Assembly (NCBI GenBank): GCA_030141605.1
Contig: JAQGDQ010000346.1
Coordinates: 163,742 to 227,741, forward strand
Length of the DNA stretch: 64,000 nt
Source of the DNA: Tubiluchus corallicola
Lineage: Eukaryota > Animalia > Priapulida
Reading direction: 5' to 3'
Part shown: positions 28,136-40,200 of the stretch, piece by piece
How the letters are laid out: every line of letters begins with the position of its first letter
How positions within the stretch are numbered: the stretch's first letter is position 1
Made by a program: the position numbers and the translations under genes
Notes under the pieces: model-generated
Told to the model about the DNA's origin: nothing
The model's database searches: none
The model's input: only the letters and a program-made list of their open reading frames with translations

Positions 28136-28460
28136 ATAAAATTTGCCGCACGTTTTGTGGACTGCAACTGGTACCTATGAAATTTATTCAGAACTGGCCT
28201 GTGTCGCCACCTATGGCAGAAAGTGAAGTATAAAATACAAAATTATTTAGTGTGTGTAGTCGACAATTGAGAATAAAATATTATAAAATGTTTGTTAACT
28301 ATTCATGACGTTGGCACAATATATTGACATACATTAATAAATATATAAATACAGCAATAATAAGCAGTTAAACACGCGAATCAATGACGTATTTACCTCC
28401 TCTAAGGAGTTTATACTTCCATCGCGGTTGGTTTTTTGATTGTCTGTTTGTCATGCATGC

Positions 28461-28537
28461 AGTCAGTCAGTCAGTCAGTCAGTCAGTCAGTCAGTCAGTC
28501 AGTCAGTCAGTCAGTCAGTCAGCCAGTCAGTCAGTCA

Positions 28538-28601
<64 letters not shown>

Positions 28602-28762
28602 CTCTGTTTGTTTCTCCATCCTTTCGTTCGACTGTCTTTGTTTGTGTTTGCCTGTATGAGTGTGTGTGTGTGTGTGTGTGTGCATGTGTGTGCGCGTGTG
28701 CGTGCGCGTGCGTGTTTGTTTGTTTGTTTTTTCGCTTGCTTGCTTGCTTGTTTGTTAGTTTG
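28461..28762. repeat. Compound microsatellite (AGTC)n-(TCTG)n-(TG)n-(TTTG/CTTG)n
   Basis: Directly visible; explains four spurious ORFs in the track. Confidence 0.97.
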
Positions 28763-30167
28763 TTAACAGGATTACGCATAACTGTTTCACAAATTTTTAT
28801 GAAGCAGGGAAGGAAGCTTTCGAGAGTGACAATGACCGATTAAAAATTGCGAAAAAAAATATAAAAAAATTATTGCATAATTATAATCCTGTACGAGAAA
28901 TTTCTGTGTGACATGACAAAAGAGCACCACAGAAAAATTACAAAAATGCAAGCGTGCGTGTCATAATTCAGATCAATGGATGACGTTGTTTCCTAAGGCA
29001 GTGTGTAGTTTAGTAAATCTATTCATGTTCTTTCTTTCGTTTATTAATTTATTTAATTTATTAATTCATTTCATTTATTGTAAGGAAACGTGTCATTATA
29101 GAAAACAACCATGAAAAAGTATAGTTTGAGTGCAATACAAAGAAACAAAAATATTGTAGGGCTATATTTGGGCTAATGATTAAACTAACGTTAAATTAAT
29201 AAAATGTAATGCTGGCAAGGCAATACAGTGGATCTCCAAGGCCTTTATCTACAGCAGATTCAAACTCTGACCTGTAGTAGTAAAAACCACGAATCACGTG
29301 CACACCTGAATTTGTTAAAACGGAAGGTCTAATGTAGATTGTTGCCAGTGGTCAATGACGTTCTCTGCAGTGTTTTCCTTGGCCAGCGCTGTTGGCCTGG
29401 GTTTGCCGGAACGGTTCGATTGAGTCGTCTCTCCTATGGTCGACATTTCGGTACCTTGATTATGTAATGTGCTTAATAATAAATCGATAATTCAATTCGC
29501 TTATTAGATTTCATAATTTTTTAGCTTAAAGGTTTGCTTAGCTTAAGCGTAAACATATGCAATGCAACACAACTTCCTTTTGGGCCGCAACGCCATCCTC
29601 CCTACGTCCGTTGTAGACGGATGTCATAGTTGGGCAATCCAATACAATGCAACATTAAATTACAAATTGATGTTCTAAAAACATGCAAACTCAATAAATT
29701 TCAGAATATTTATTAGAAAAATCACATGAAAGTTAAAATCTTATTTTTTAAAATATAAAATAGCACTAATATTAACTAAAATAGTTTTTTTACTTGATTT
29801 ATGTTAGTAAGTAAGAAACACTTAAATAAAAAATAAAGAAACATACGCATAAATTAGCTTGAAATTTATTAAAAATAATAATCAAAACTAACCATTAAAC
29901 CTAAGCCCTATTAGCATGAAAGCTTGAACACTTTTTAGCTCTTGATTAGCCTGTAGAAAACTTTTTAAATCACATACTTTGAATTAATTATAAGTGATAT
30001 TGTACAAGAAACTGTTCGTTCCCTTTTACTGTTAGCAATGGTGTTAGGGAGGGTGGCATTCTATCGCCTTATTTCTTTAATGATGACCCGAATGTTAAAC
30101 TGCTTCGTGTAGTGTGGGTTGTGCCACTGACACAACCTTTATTAATCATCAGCGAACGAAATTCGAA

Positions 30168-30462
30168 GCATTCCAGTTCAAGTACCTGAGGATGCACACT
30201 CCGGATTAGATGGCAGGAACAGGTCACTAATCAGGAAGTGGCAAACAGGGCACAAATAAATGCACTCAGTGATGAACCTAGAAGTAGGAGCTTGATTTGG
30301 ATTGGACATGTCCTACGGGGGGGGATTCTAGAATGACTGTGAGACGGCGATGGAGTGGACACAGGAAGGAAGAAGGGCGAGATCAGCGTGGAGAAAACCA
30401 GTGGAGGCAGAAAGGAGTTATGCAACATGATGGAACTGGAGCGAGGTCAAAATAGTGCCACC
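30168..30462 (+). mobile_element. Decayed 3' fragment of an RTE-like non-LTR retrotransposon ORF
   Basis: With frameshifts/stops it reads RWQEQVTNQEVANRAQINALSDEPRSRSLIWIGHVLR...TAMEWTQEGRR...WRKPVEAE...WSEVK, the typical post-RT C-terminal pattern (RW..V.N.E...W.GHV.R...W...G.R...W...V). Confidence 0.75.
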
Positions 30463-30514
30463 AAACCACAAGAGGGTTTAACAAGGAAAACACCTGGAGA
30501 GAGATGAAATCGCC

Positions 30515-30590
30515 CAGAAGCAGTTTCACGGACGATCATCCATCTATTTTACAACAAGGCTTATGCTGCTTAACTTTAGTAACCGAGCAC
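30515..30590 (-). mobile_element. 5S-rRNA-derived repeat fragment
   Basis: Minus: CTCGGTTACTAAAGTTAAGCAGC...GATGGATGATCGTCCGTGAAACTGCTTCTG; 5S internal-promoter-like but truncated and diverged. Confidence 0.5.
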
Positions 30591-30789
30591 CCACAAATGA
30601 TCTCTCATATTATTCTTTTCGCAAACGAAAACACAAATAAACGTAAATACAAAATAGTGTAATGTACAAATAGAAAAAGAATGCAGCCTAAAAACAATAA
30701 AATTATATTTTTTCAAACTTTTAGCAAGTTTCCTTATTTACGAACCTTTCTATCAAATCTGGGTCGTACCAGAAAATGGATACGGGAGA

Positions 30790-31190
30790 CACGAGCAACA
30801 TGAAGCTTGTGTGTGAACAACATGAAGCTTGTGTATGAGCAACATGAAGCTTGTGCTTACGAGAAGCATACATATGAACAATATGAATCTTTTGTGCTTA
30901 TAAGAACCTTATGCATGAAGAATATGAATTTTTATGTTTACAGGAAGTTTACACATGACAATCTGAAGCTTATGTGCTTACAGGAAACCTATGTACGTTC
31001 AATATGAAGCGTTTACACTTGCAAGAAGCTTGTATATCATCAATATGACGCTTGCGCGTTTACAAGAAAGTTTTGCAAGAACAATATGAAGCTTGTACGC
31101 TTACAGATAGCTAATATGTAAACAATAATGTGTGAATCTTGTGTGATTACAGGAGGCTTGTGTATGAGCAATATGAAGCTTGTGTGCAAA
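30790..31190. repeat. Degenerate minisatellite built on AACAATATGAAGCTTGTGTG-like units
   Basis: About 10 diverged copies of an ATGAAGCTT(G/A)TG core. Confidence 0.8.
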
Positions 31191-31541
31191 AAGCAGATTT
31201 AGTAATACTTGACATGACACACTTCAATAAACCTGATTGGTATCTAAAAAGCATATATTTAGGGTTATCAAACAAAATCACTTAAATTGATAAACAGGGC
31301 TCGATCTGAGCAAGAGTGGTTGTACAATAAAGAAATTAATTTAAAATTAGCCCTAGCAAAAGCTTGCCTACACCGAAATGCAAATGTTTGGATCTAAGAA
31401 TCCTGAGGTGTCTCTCCCAGGGCCACATGCACGTTAGGAACATTGCTTTCCTGTACAGCATCGAACTCGCCAGTGTCGCCAGTTAGTCTTATAACGTTTT
31501 CATTTTGGGTTTCAACGGCTAGTAACTTCGGATTGTTTTCA

Positions 31542-34483
31542 CTAGTTAAAGGTAGCGTTCGATTTTGTATCTAACTCCTTTGAAACGTACGTCTCAGTAC
31601 TTTCATCAGCATTTGCTCTCCTGTGCTCATTATCATTGTAAGCCAGTTCTTCAAAGACTGGTGGAAGACCAGGAAGATTCCTTTCTGGGACTTCCGAAGA
31701 GTAAATAACAGTTCCACCGTTAGTGTTTATGATTACGTTTCGCCGAGATCTTCTAATAACAGCATAACAAATCGTTAATGTTGATTTTAATACAGTAATA
31801 GCATTAAAGCAATTTTACGTAGCTGTAACCAATATTAAAAGTATGAAGGCACGTATAACATAAATAACTAGCGCAAGAAATCTCTGTGAAACTTAGTGTA
31901 ATTGCGAAAGTCGATAAAGTATGAGAATACAGCAAAATGATAAGCGTAATGATAATTTGTGCCATTATTTTGTTTAACAATACTACGCAACGCATGTCGT
32001 ACAATAAAACGATATTTTGCCTGTTAATTGCAATTGAGATGCTCTGGTTTGAACGCAGCCATTACAAAAGTATATGATTTGGGTACGATCATTTTGGGCA
32101 CCAGACACTTGGGCACTGGAACACTTGGGCACGAGACATTTGCGCACCAACAAAATTTAAATCACATAATCTTTTTATTTTTGTTTTTAACTTTTTAATG
32201 ACTGACTATAATTTCCTAACTCTCTCAATGTTTTTTTAAGAATCGTCGTTTCACTAAATTAAACAGATGCAATGCAATGTCAAATGACTTTGCACTTTCT
32301 GGTTTTCAGTATTTTTGTGTCTAGCTTTTAAAACGAACAAAGCAGAAGAAGACACCGCAAGTTTACATTAGCATTTTATTAAAATAGAATTGGAATTAGA
32401 ATAATTAATAAAATTAGAAACCGACCTAGAATGCGTTGTTTAGTTTTTTAGTTGCTTATTCTGCCTGTCAACTTGAAAACGACGTTAATTAGTAAGCTAA
32501 TGCTTATCAATTTCAAGACCAACAATAATTGTTGCTGGATCCCATGCGAAATGCATGATAATATTATGCGTTCGGCAAGAGTGTTTTTAGACACTTGCAC
32601 GCGTTAGATAATACTATACATGTAGTTGTTGACAGTTTTACATGATCGTTATCACGAAAATAATTATTTCTTTTCATACCAAAAGATTGTTTAAAAGAAG
32701 AAGATTACCATGTTTTAAAAGCAGCATGGTTATCGGGCAGTGGACGACGATTCCAAGAATAATTTTAGTATGTTAGGCAGCGCGATTTGCTGCGCAAAAC
32801 AGAAATAATATACACTTTCGTGATGCAGGCACATTGGTCATAATTTGTGCGTTGGCGCCTAAATGTCTCCTGCCCAAGTATCTGGCACCCAAACGGCCGT
32901 GCCCAATTTCCTCGCGTCCAAACTGCAGCGCCTAGATGTCCTGTCCCCCCCCCCCACATATAAGTCTATCGCGTCAACTTACACTTTTACACAATAGCAG
33001 ACGGTTCCTGTAGTTAATATAGCAACAACGATGACTACACCCATAACAACGATGATTACAACAGCAACGGTAGAACCAGTTTGTTTCTCGGTTACACAGA
33101 CGCTTGTCGTAGTATCTTCTATGCTTGTAGCTTTGAATTAAATCGAAATCAAGATTATATTTTAAATCATTTACATGGGAACTACAGAACCCCCTGAAGT
33201 GACAATTTAAAAAAAATTAAATTGTTTTGCGATATGCCGCAAAATTATTGTGACATCTTGCAAAACTGTATTACCGTCATGGCACTCGTTTAACCAGAAA
33301 TGGGATACGCTGGCGCGAGAACAAAGTAGTCCAGAAAGATTGCCACAGAGCCTTAGGAGCCCGTAACTTTAACCAAAATTTGAACAACGGTATTTTAGCA
33401 AACCGGAAACTAAGCAAAACAAAAGAAATTGTGAGCATGCCTATTATTAAAAGATATTATAGCTGTTAATTGTTACAGAAATTAGAAAAGTTCTGACAAA
33501 GACCAAATAGTTTACTAAATGATCCTATGGCGCACAAGTTACAGTGCGATTTCTCTTACAGTTGCATAGCGGAACTGTCTAGGGAGCGCACTGGCGAGGT
33601 ACAAGAAGAAAAGCGTGTGTGGGTAATGTAAGTTAAGGGTAATGATTATTTAGTTGGTCAGTTCATTAATCAATCGGTCGGTCGTTTGGTTGGTTATCTG
33701 GTATATGGTTGAACTATTGACTTATAACTGTTGATCATTTTGTTAGTTTCATTGTCTTTTTAGATAGTTGGTTGCCTAATTAGTTAACCAGCTGGTTTGT
33801 CACTCGGTTAGTCTGGTTGATCAGCAGTAAGTTAGTTTTCTAGTCGGTTTTGGATTTTCGTTTACTAAGTTGACCTGTTGGTCCACTAGTCGACTATTGA
33901 ATAAACCGGCTAATTTCTAATTTACTACGTATAACAAAATTATCTTCACCTGTAGTTATTCGTTCACATGAAAAAGTTGGTGTAACTGTGGAGCCTCTGA
34001 CGTTCAACCCCCAGTGGTCAGTATGATAACTAGCCAGACGTACTGTCACAACTCGACCCCGTTGTTCTACAAATTTCGCATTCCAAAAGTCGTCAAGATT
34101 TTTCTTATCTACATAAGACTTGCTATCTCCAAGAGTGAACGTTTCCAGCGAATTCGAAACCCAAGAACTTTGCCAAATGGTTATCGAGCACCCAGCAGCA
34201 AAAGCATTGTCCCAGCACTGAGTAACGTTAACGGTACATTTACCATAGCAGTTCGACGTAAAGCATGCTAAAGTCAGTATAACCACTGAAATTGTATGTC
34301 GCCTGCCCAACAATTTGTAGACAAGATACATAATTCTACATTTAGCAAGTTAAAACGTGTTGTGTCCTCCCTTGAAGTGAGTTAAGGTCTAGGTTGCTCA
34401 TGCTTTTTCACAATGATAAGAAACCAATGAAAAATACTTTCATGAACACTTAGGATTTGGATCTAAGGAACTTACTCAGTCAT
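31542..34483 (-). CDS. Type-I membrane protein, copy B (~250 aa): signal peptide, CBM2-like domain, TM, truncated tail; no Kunitz domains
   Basis: Exons 34476-34483 (ATG ACT GA|GTAAG, less certain), 33950-34335, 32983-33130 (TM VAVVIIVVMGVVIVVAILTTGTVCYC), 31542-31752 (TAG at 31542-31544). Phases are consistent and it is an exon-by-exon paralog of copy A. Confidence 0.8.
32081..32950. mobile_element. MITE-like element with inverted subterminal ~15-bp repeat arrays, in the last intron of copy B
   Basis: Left arm has repeated ACACTTGGGCAC units; right arm has the complementary GTGCCCAA/GCGCCTAAATGTC units; GGG...CCC ends; no clear TSD seen. Confidence 0.65.
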
Positions 34484-34576
34484 GTTCTACCTTCGGTGGA
34501 GTTTCTAGAATTGGTTAGAGTGGAATGGATCACACAAGTTGCCATTATTGGAGTAATGTTTGTGTAGTAAGCCAGC

Positions 34577-34591
34577 TGACATCACTTCCGG
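34577..34591 (-). promoter_or_regulatory. ETS-CRE composite-like motif upstream of copy B (one mismatch)
   Basis: Minus CCGGAAGTGATGTCA, at the position homologous to the perfect motif of copy A. Confidence 0.55.
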
Positions 34592-35759
34592 CGTCTACAT
34601 TTGTTCATTCTATTTAGTAAAGCCTTTTACATGACAAACGTATAGTTCAAAGCAATTACGATTTTTATTTCGGTATTGGGATGACCCGCATACATCGTAA
34701 TTAATCCAAAACAAACGATAGAATCCATTTAACAGTCTTTTCGCGGGTTTTTCTTTATAACATAAATGGTAAATGTATGATTCTTGATGACGGGAATAGC
34801 TTAGTGTCGCAGTGTATGCTTAGCGACCAAAATGAAGCAAGTCTGAGACTGGTCTGTGAAAGTATGGGTGGTCGTTAAGCTCAGTACTTACTCTGGACGA
34901 TTTCTTTTATCATACTGATTCAGTTTTACCACACTAATTCTGGCCATAACTATCGCAAAATAAGTGAAACTCTTTTCAGAGCACTTAAATGCCCTTTTCT
35001 TATTAAATGGATGATAATTAAGTCTGCTGTTGCCTAGTTGGGTAAAAAGGCAGGTTGGTAAATGTGGAACAGGCCAATCGTGAGACTGCCATATACCCCA
35101 CATGGCTGTCTTTCACTTTTATAGTGTCCATTTACCAGTTGCGTTTTCTGTTGAGGTTTTATGGAACTAATTTTCACTCTCACAATTGGCGTGAAAAAAC
35201 AATCTCTCTGAGTTTAAAAATTCATAATAGCAGGGGAAAATATCAAAAAAAATAGTACAAATATCCCACTTTTGTTGTGCAGTTGAAACGTTATATCAAC
35301 AAGCATACAAAATTCTTTTTATTGTTGTGTATCTATGCCGAACTATCTTTTCTTTTCAGAAAAGTTAATTTAACGTCTATTGCGCGAACGTACAATACTT
35401 CATGCTTTGTAGTACATTTTTAATTGCAAAGCAGATTTCCTGAGACACTTATATAATAGTTTTGAAATCAGAGATAAAAAGGAGATTTGAAAAATTTCTT
35501 CTGCCTGCAGGGAAAAAAAGAGCATGATTACGCGTGGTTAAAATTGCGTTGACGTTCGTCGTTGCTGCTGCTTCTGTTGTTGCTAATGTTGTAGCTGTTG
35601 TTGATACTGTAGCTGTTATTGATGTTGTAATTTTTGTTGCACTACTGACTTAATTTACTCAAGAATTCAACGAATCAACAAAAATTTAATAAATAGTATT
35701 AAAACACAATTCTGATGTCAATTATAACAGCCATTCTTTTGTTTTTGCTGAAATATAAA

Positions 35760-35990
35760 GAGTCCATAAGTCTCCTTCCAATTGCTGTACACACGTTAGG
35801 CCGATTACATCCTGAAGGTCAACATCGTATTTACCGGAATCGTCAGATGATGTTTTTCTTTTGACCAACCATTTTTTGGTTGTCAACAGCTAAAGAATTT
35901 GGACTATAAATCACGTATCAAAAGCACCTTAGCGGCCATATCAACCTTTTTCACGTACTTCAGTGCATTTGTTGCAGTTCGTCAATGTCA
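35760..35990 (-). pseudogene. Decayed third copy of the receptor's last (cytoplasmic-tail) exon
   Basis: With frameshifts it reads PNSLAVDNQK...SDDSGKYDV...NRPNVCTAIG, aligning to copy A PKSLVVEPQK...TGDSGEYDVV...GPNVYTALG. Confidence 0.7.
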
Positions 35991-37227
35991 GTATTGTCAC
36001 AAAATCAAGTTTCGAAAAGACCGTAATTATTGTAAGCTAGTAGTGGGTTAAGAAAATCTCGTCTCGAACCATAAAAGTTAAAGATATGAAAAAGCTCTGC
36101 TGAGATTTGCCATTTTAACATAAGGAATCGTTGAATGCCCTAGTAGTTTCAAAATAATTATTTTTATTTCTTACAGAAGCTTTCACCCTAGCGGGTTTTA
36201 TCAGCTGAATGTATTGTGCGGCTAACTTGATAGTATTCTTAGGTTAGCCGTAGAGTCCTATGCAGCTGACAATACAAGGGCTTTCAACGTTTTCTTCCAT
36301 AGAAGCTTAAACCAAACAGCTTGACTTTCCACAATTAGTATCATAGTATGGCTCCCATTTTGCCGTAGTTTCCCATTAACAAAATGGACACTTAATGCTG
36401 ATTTTGTCAGAATAAAAAAAATACAATGTTAACCAATTTCGCGAGTATACTTAATATACAAGGATCAGTAATGCATAGATGACACACCCTACCAACGAAA
36501 ACTTAATGATCTTCAGATGCTTAACGACGATGAAGATACAATAAAAAATACTAAATTTATTTATTTATTCATATTTTACACTCAAAATTAGGATAAAAAC
36601 AAAAAATCAGAGAAGCCATGTACAAATTTGCAGACGCACAATAAAAATTAGCAGTGATCAAACATAATAAATATATTACAGACATGTATTTGTTATAAAA
36701 ATGCCATAAACAAATAGCAAGTTGTTACTAATATTAAAATGACATTCGTGTATTGTATAATTAACAGTCTTTTAAAATCCGATTACCCATAATCGGATCT
36801 TGGAAGAAGCGTGATCTTTTTTAAACTTTACGCAGATCAGAAGTTCACACAAGCAATGATACGAATTAATTATTCACCATATTTAATGGGAAACACACCA
36901 GCATCACTTCTACACTTCATAAAATAAGTGACCTTCGCTGCCCTTGAAAACCTATTTTCTAGGTATTTTAAATCCATGTTCAACATCAATATAAGTCAAC
37001 AATTACATAATTTTATACAGCCTAAAAGCAGTGCTTCTGAACTGACAGGAAGCATTTTTGTAGCAAACAATGCTTTCAGATTAGTACTTTTGTTGCTGAC
37101 CTCAATTATTACTTTCATAAACGAAAAAGACAAAAAATATATATACAAAAATAGTACAGTGTACAATTAAAAAATTATGAAATCAATATTTTTTCAAAAT
37201 AGAGCTTTTCCACAACAATATTTTGAG

Positions 37228-40200
37228 CTAAGAATCATGGGGTTTCTCTCCCAAGGCCGTGTACACATTCGGACCACTACTTTCCTGTACAACGTCGTAC
37301 TCACCAGAATCACCAGTTAGCGTCCTTTTAAGGTTTTCCTTTTGGGGCTCAACGACCAGTGACTTTGGAATGTGTTCACTAGATAAAGGTGGCGCTGACG
37401 CTACCACATCGGGTTTTCTGTCTAATTCTATTGGCACGTTAGCGTCAGTGTTTTTACCACCATTTTGTGTCACGTGTTTATATTCACTGTAGGCCAACTC
37501 TTCATAGACTGGAGGCGGCTCAGGAAGATCCCTTTCTTGAATTGTTGAGGAGTAAGTAACCGTTCCGCTTTCAGCGTGCATGATTGCACTTCGGCGAGGT
37601 TTTCTATTAACAACAAAGCAGTTAAAATTGATTTGAAGCAGTAATAACGTCAAGGCTACTTAACTAAGGCCAAATAATTAAGGTTTATTCGCATGACCAA
37701 TATCAGAAGCATTACGGCATGGATAACACTGATAACCAACGCAAAAATCTTTGTAATAAAAATGCATGGGTATCATTTTGCCAACAAAGGCTGATTTAAA
37801 CAGCAAAAGGCTAAGTGATATAAATGTAAAACTGGTAAAATTATAGCAATGAATTAATAGAAAAGCTTTGAAACGTCTAAAATAGTATCATTATTTTGTT
37901 TATCAATTGTCACAAACCCAAGTGGCATCCATAAGAGAAACCATCATTTGGATTTTTATTGATACACTCCACGTGATCGAAGATTTTTGAAAAGTTCAAA
38001 AAAATAGACTACATAAATTACCTTATACCCAATAAATTATAGCCGATGATGTAAAAATAAAGTTAATAATTTGAATATAATAACTTCTATTGATATCCAG
38101 AATTACACTGTAATTTAGAAAGCTGTGAAACAGTTAAAAATCAAGATAATGATTGCACCTTGGAATTTTTCACATTGAATGGAAATCTGCAAAGCAAATG
38201 CGTTTGCCCTAAAATAATTTTAATTCAATTTTATTCCTATTTTTATTCGAACTCGTTCGTAAATTAACTTTTACTTTAGTGTATTTTGTTTAGAAGTGAA
38301 AAAAACCAAAGGAGCAAAACGACTTGTGTACTTCATAGCACATTTTTTTTTTGTCTTTTATAGCTTCAACTCATCTTTGTGAGTTTGTTTTGGTTCAGTA
38401 GTAGAATTCTTGTCATTCGTATTGTCTGAACACTTAAGTCTTACCATTCACAAATTCCGTTACATTTCAGCAAATAAAAGTTCTTTTAAAAACACTATCC
38501 AACATTGATTCAACAAAAAAAATTCGGTTTAATGAAACGTTCTCGTGTAATTGAAATGCTCTTTTGTAAATGTAGCGATTACAAGTGTTTTATATCTGTA
38601 AACGTTGCCTTACAGGTATATTGCGTTTTGCAATCGTGGCATTGCAAGTATATTATGTAAACTTACACTTTCACACAGTAGTAGACGATCCCAATTGTCA
38701 ATATGGCAATAACAATGACAACACCCACAACAACAATGATTACAATGGCGATGGTAGTGATCGGTGCAGCAGATTGTGTATCGGTCACAGTTTCAACATA
38801 CACATGTGTCGTAGTATCTTCTTCGCTAAATGCTTTGAAAAAAATCGAGAATTATATTTTAAATCAATTGAATAAGAAGGCACTGCTCTACTGTAGCAGT
38901 CTACGTTACAATATTATAATAATCAGTTGTCTTCAATGTCAATTAGTTTATTCCAATTAATAACCTCAGATTTATTTATTCTATTCAGGTGACTGTTCGG
39001 TAAGACCTACTATCATTTGTTTTCTGAAAGCCTTAAACGAGCATAAAAATATCCCCAATAGAAACGGTTTCTTCTTGGAAGAATTTTACAGAAGAATTTG
39101 TAATTTGAAAACAGCGAAACAGATGAATGGCTTTTTAATTTGAAAACAGTGAAACAGGTAAATGGCCACTGGTTGGTGCACTTGAAGTTAAGCAATAGCA
39201 AATCTTCTCACTAAGTAAATGGTTGACCTTCTGGAGAAGCAGTCTGAGCGGCTTCATCTGCCATGGTTACCCGGTCATTTAAATTATGAAAAAACACATA
39301 AATGTGGTCAACATACACTTGCCTTTTTACTGCTTCATCTTTGATTATTATCTTTAATGAGTTACATTCTGACATTATTGTATGTCTTGCAGTTAAAACG
39401 TGGATTACCGGCTTGCATTGCCGAATTGGATAAAAAAGTCGCTCTGACAGTTCCATCTCGTCGAAGGGCAAAATACCTATTTCGTGCTAATAGAACCACT
39501 CCGACAGAAACAAAATGAACTATTTTAACAACAACTAAAAATCTTATTTGACACAAGCAATTACATGCACACCTGCACAAAAATCTTCGCACTTCTGCTT
39601 GGTGGGAAACTGATTATAAATCCCTGGACACCTGCCAAAACCGAACGGAATACATTCCTTGTTTTTCGGATCAAAATGCCAAGCAGTTGGGCTAGACACG
39701 AAACAGCTATTATCAGGTAAAGGTTCCTTGCAAACGCTTTTACCTGTAAAACATAAAGACATATTCGCCATCTCAGTTTTAATTTTTTTAAAATTTAAAA
39801 CTGACTGATGAGTTTTTTTTTGTTTTTTTTTATAGGGTAAGACATAAGATTTATCCTGACATTTTCTGTGGTCGGTAACCTTCTCCGCAGTTACTGACAT
39901 TTCCATATAAGGTGAAAGTTAAAGTAGAATATTTATTAGTACGTATCACTGACGTCTTGATAAAATTTCTAACCTAGATGGAGCCACTATAAGATCGGAT
40001 ATTCTAATACTGCTACTGCTGTAATTACTCACCTACACACGCTTGGTAACACTCTGCTTCGTTATCAAAATGTAACGTTCTCTCAGGACACAAGTCATTA
40101 TCGGGTACATATTCGACGCACTTTTTCTTGTCAATGTTGAAGTAGTAATATGAATCCTGGTAAGCCGACTGCTGATATGGCTGTTCATTGACAGAAGGCA

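Noticed and set aside
30515-30590. Functional 5S rRNA genes
   Set aside because: The fragments are short and heavily diverged, and lack the 5S termini and T-run terminator.
39211-39471. 86-aa minus-strand ORF in the intron between Kunitz 2 and the TM exon
   Set aside because: No phase-1 acceptor/donor pair or domain pattern; it is not needed for the gene model.
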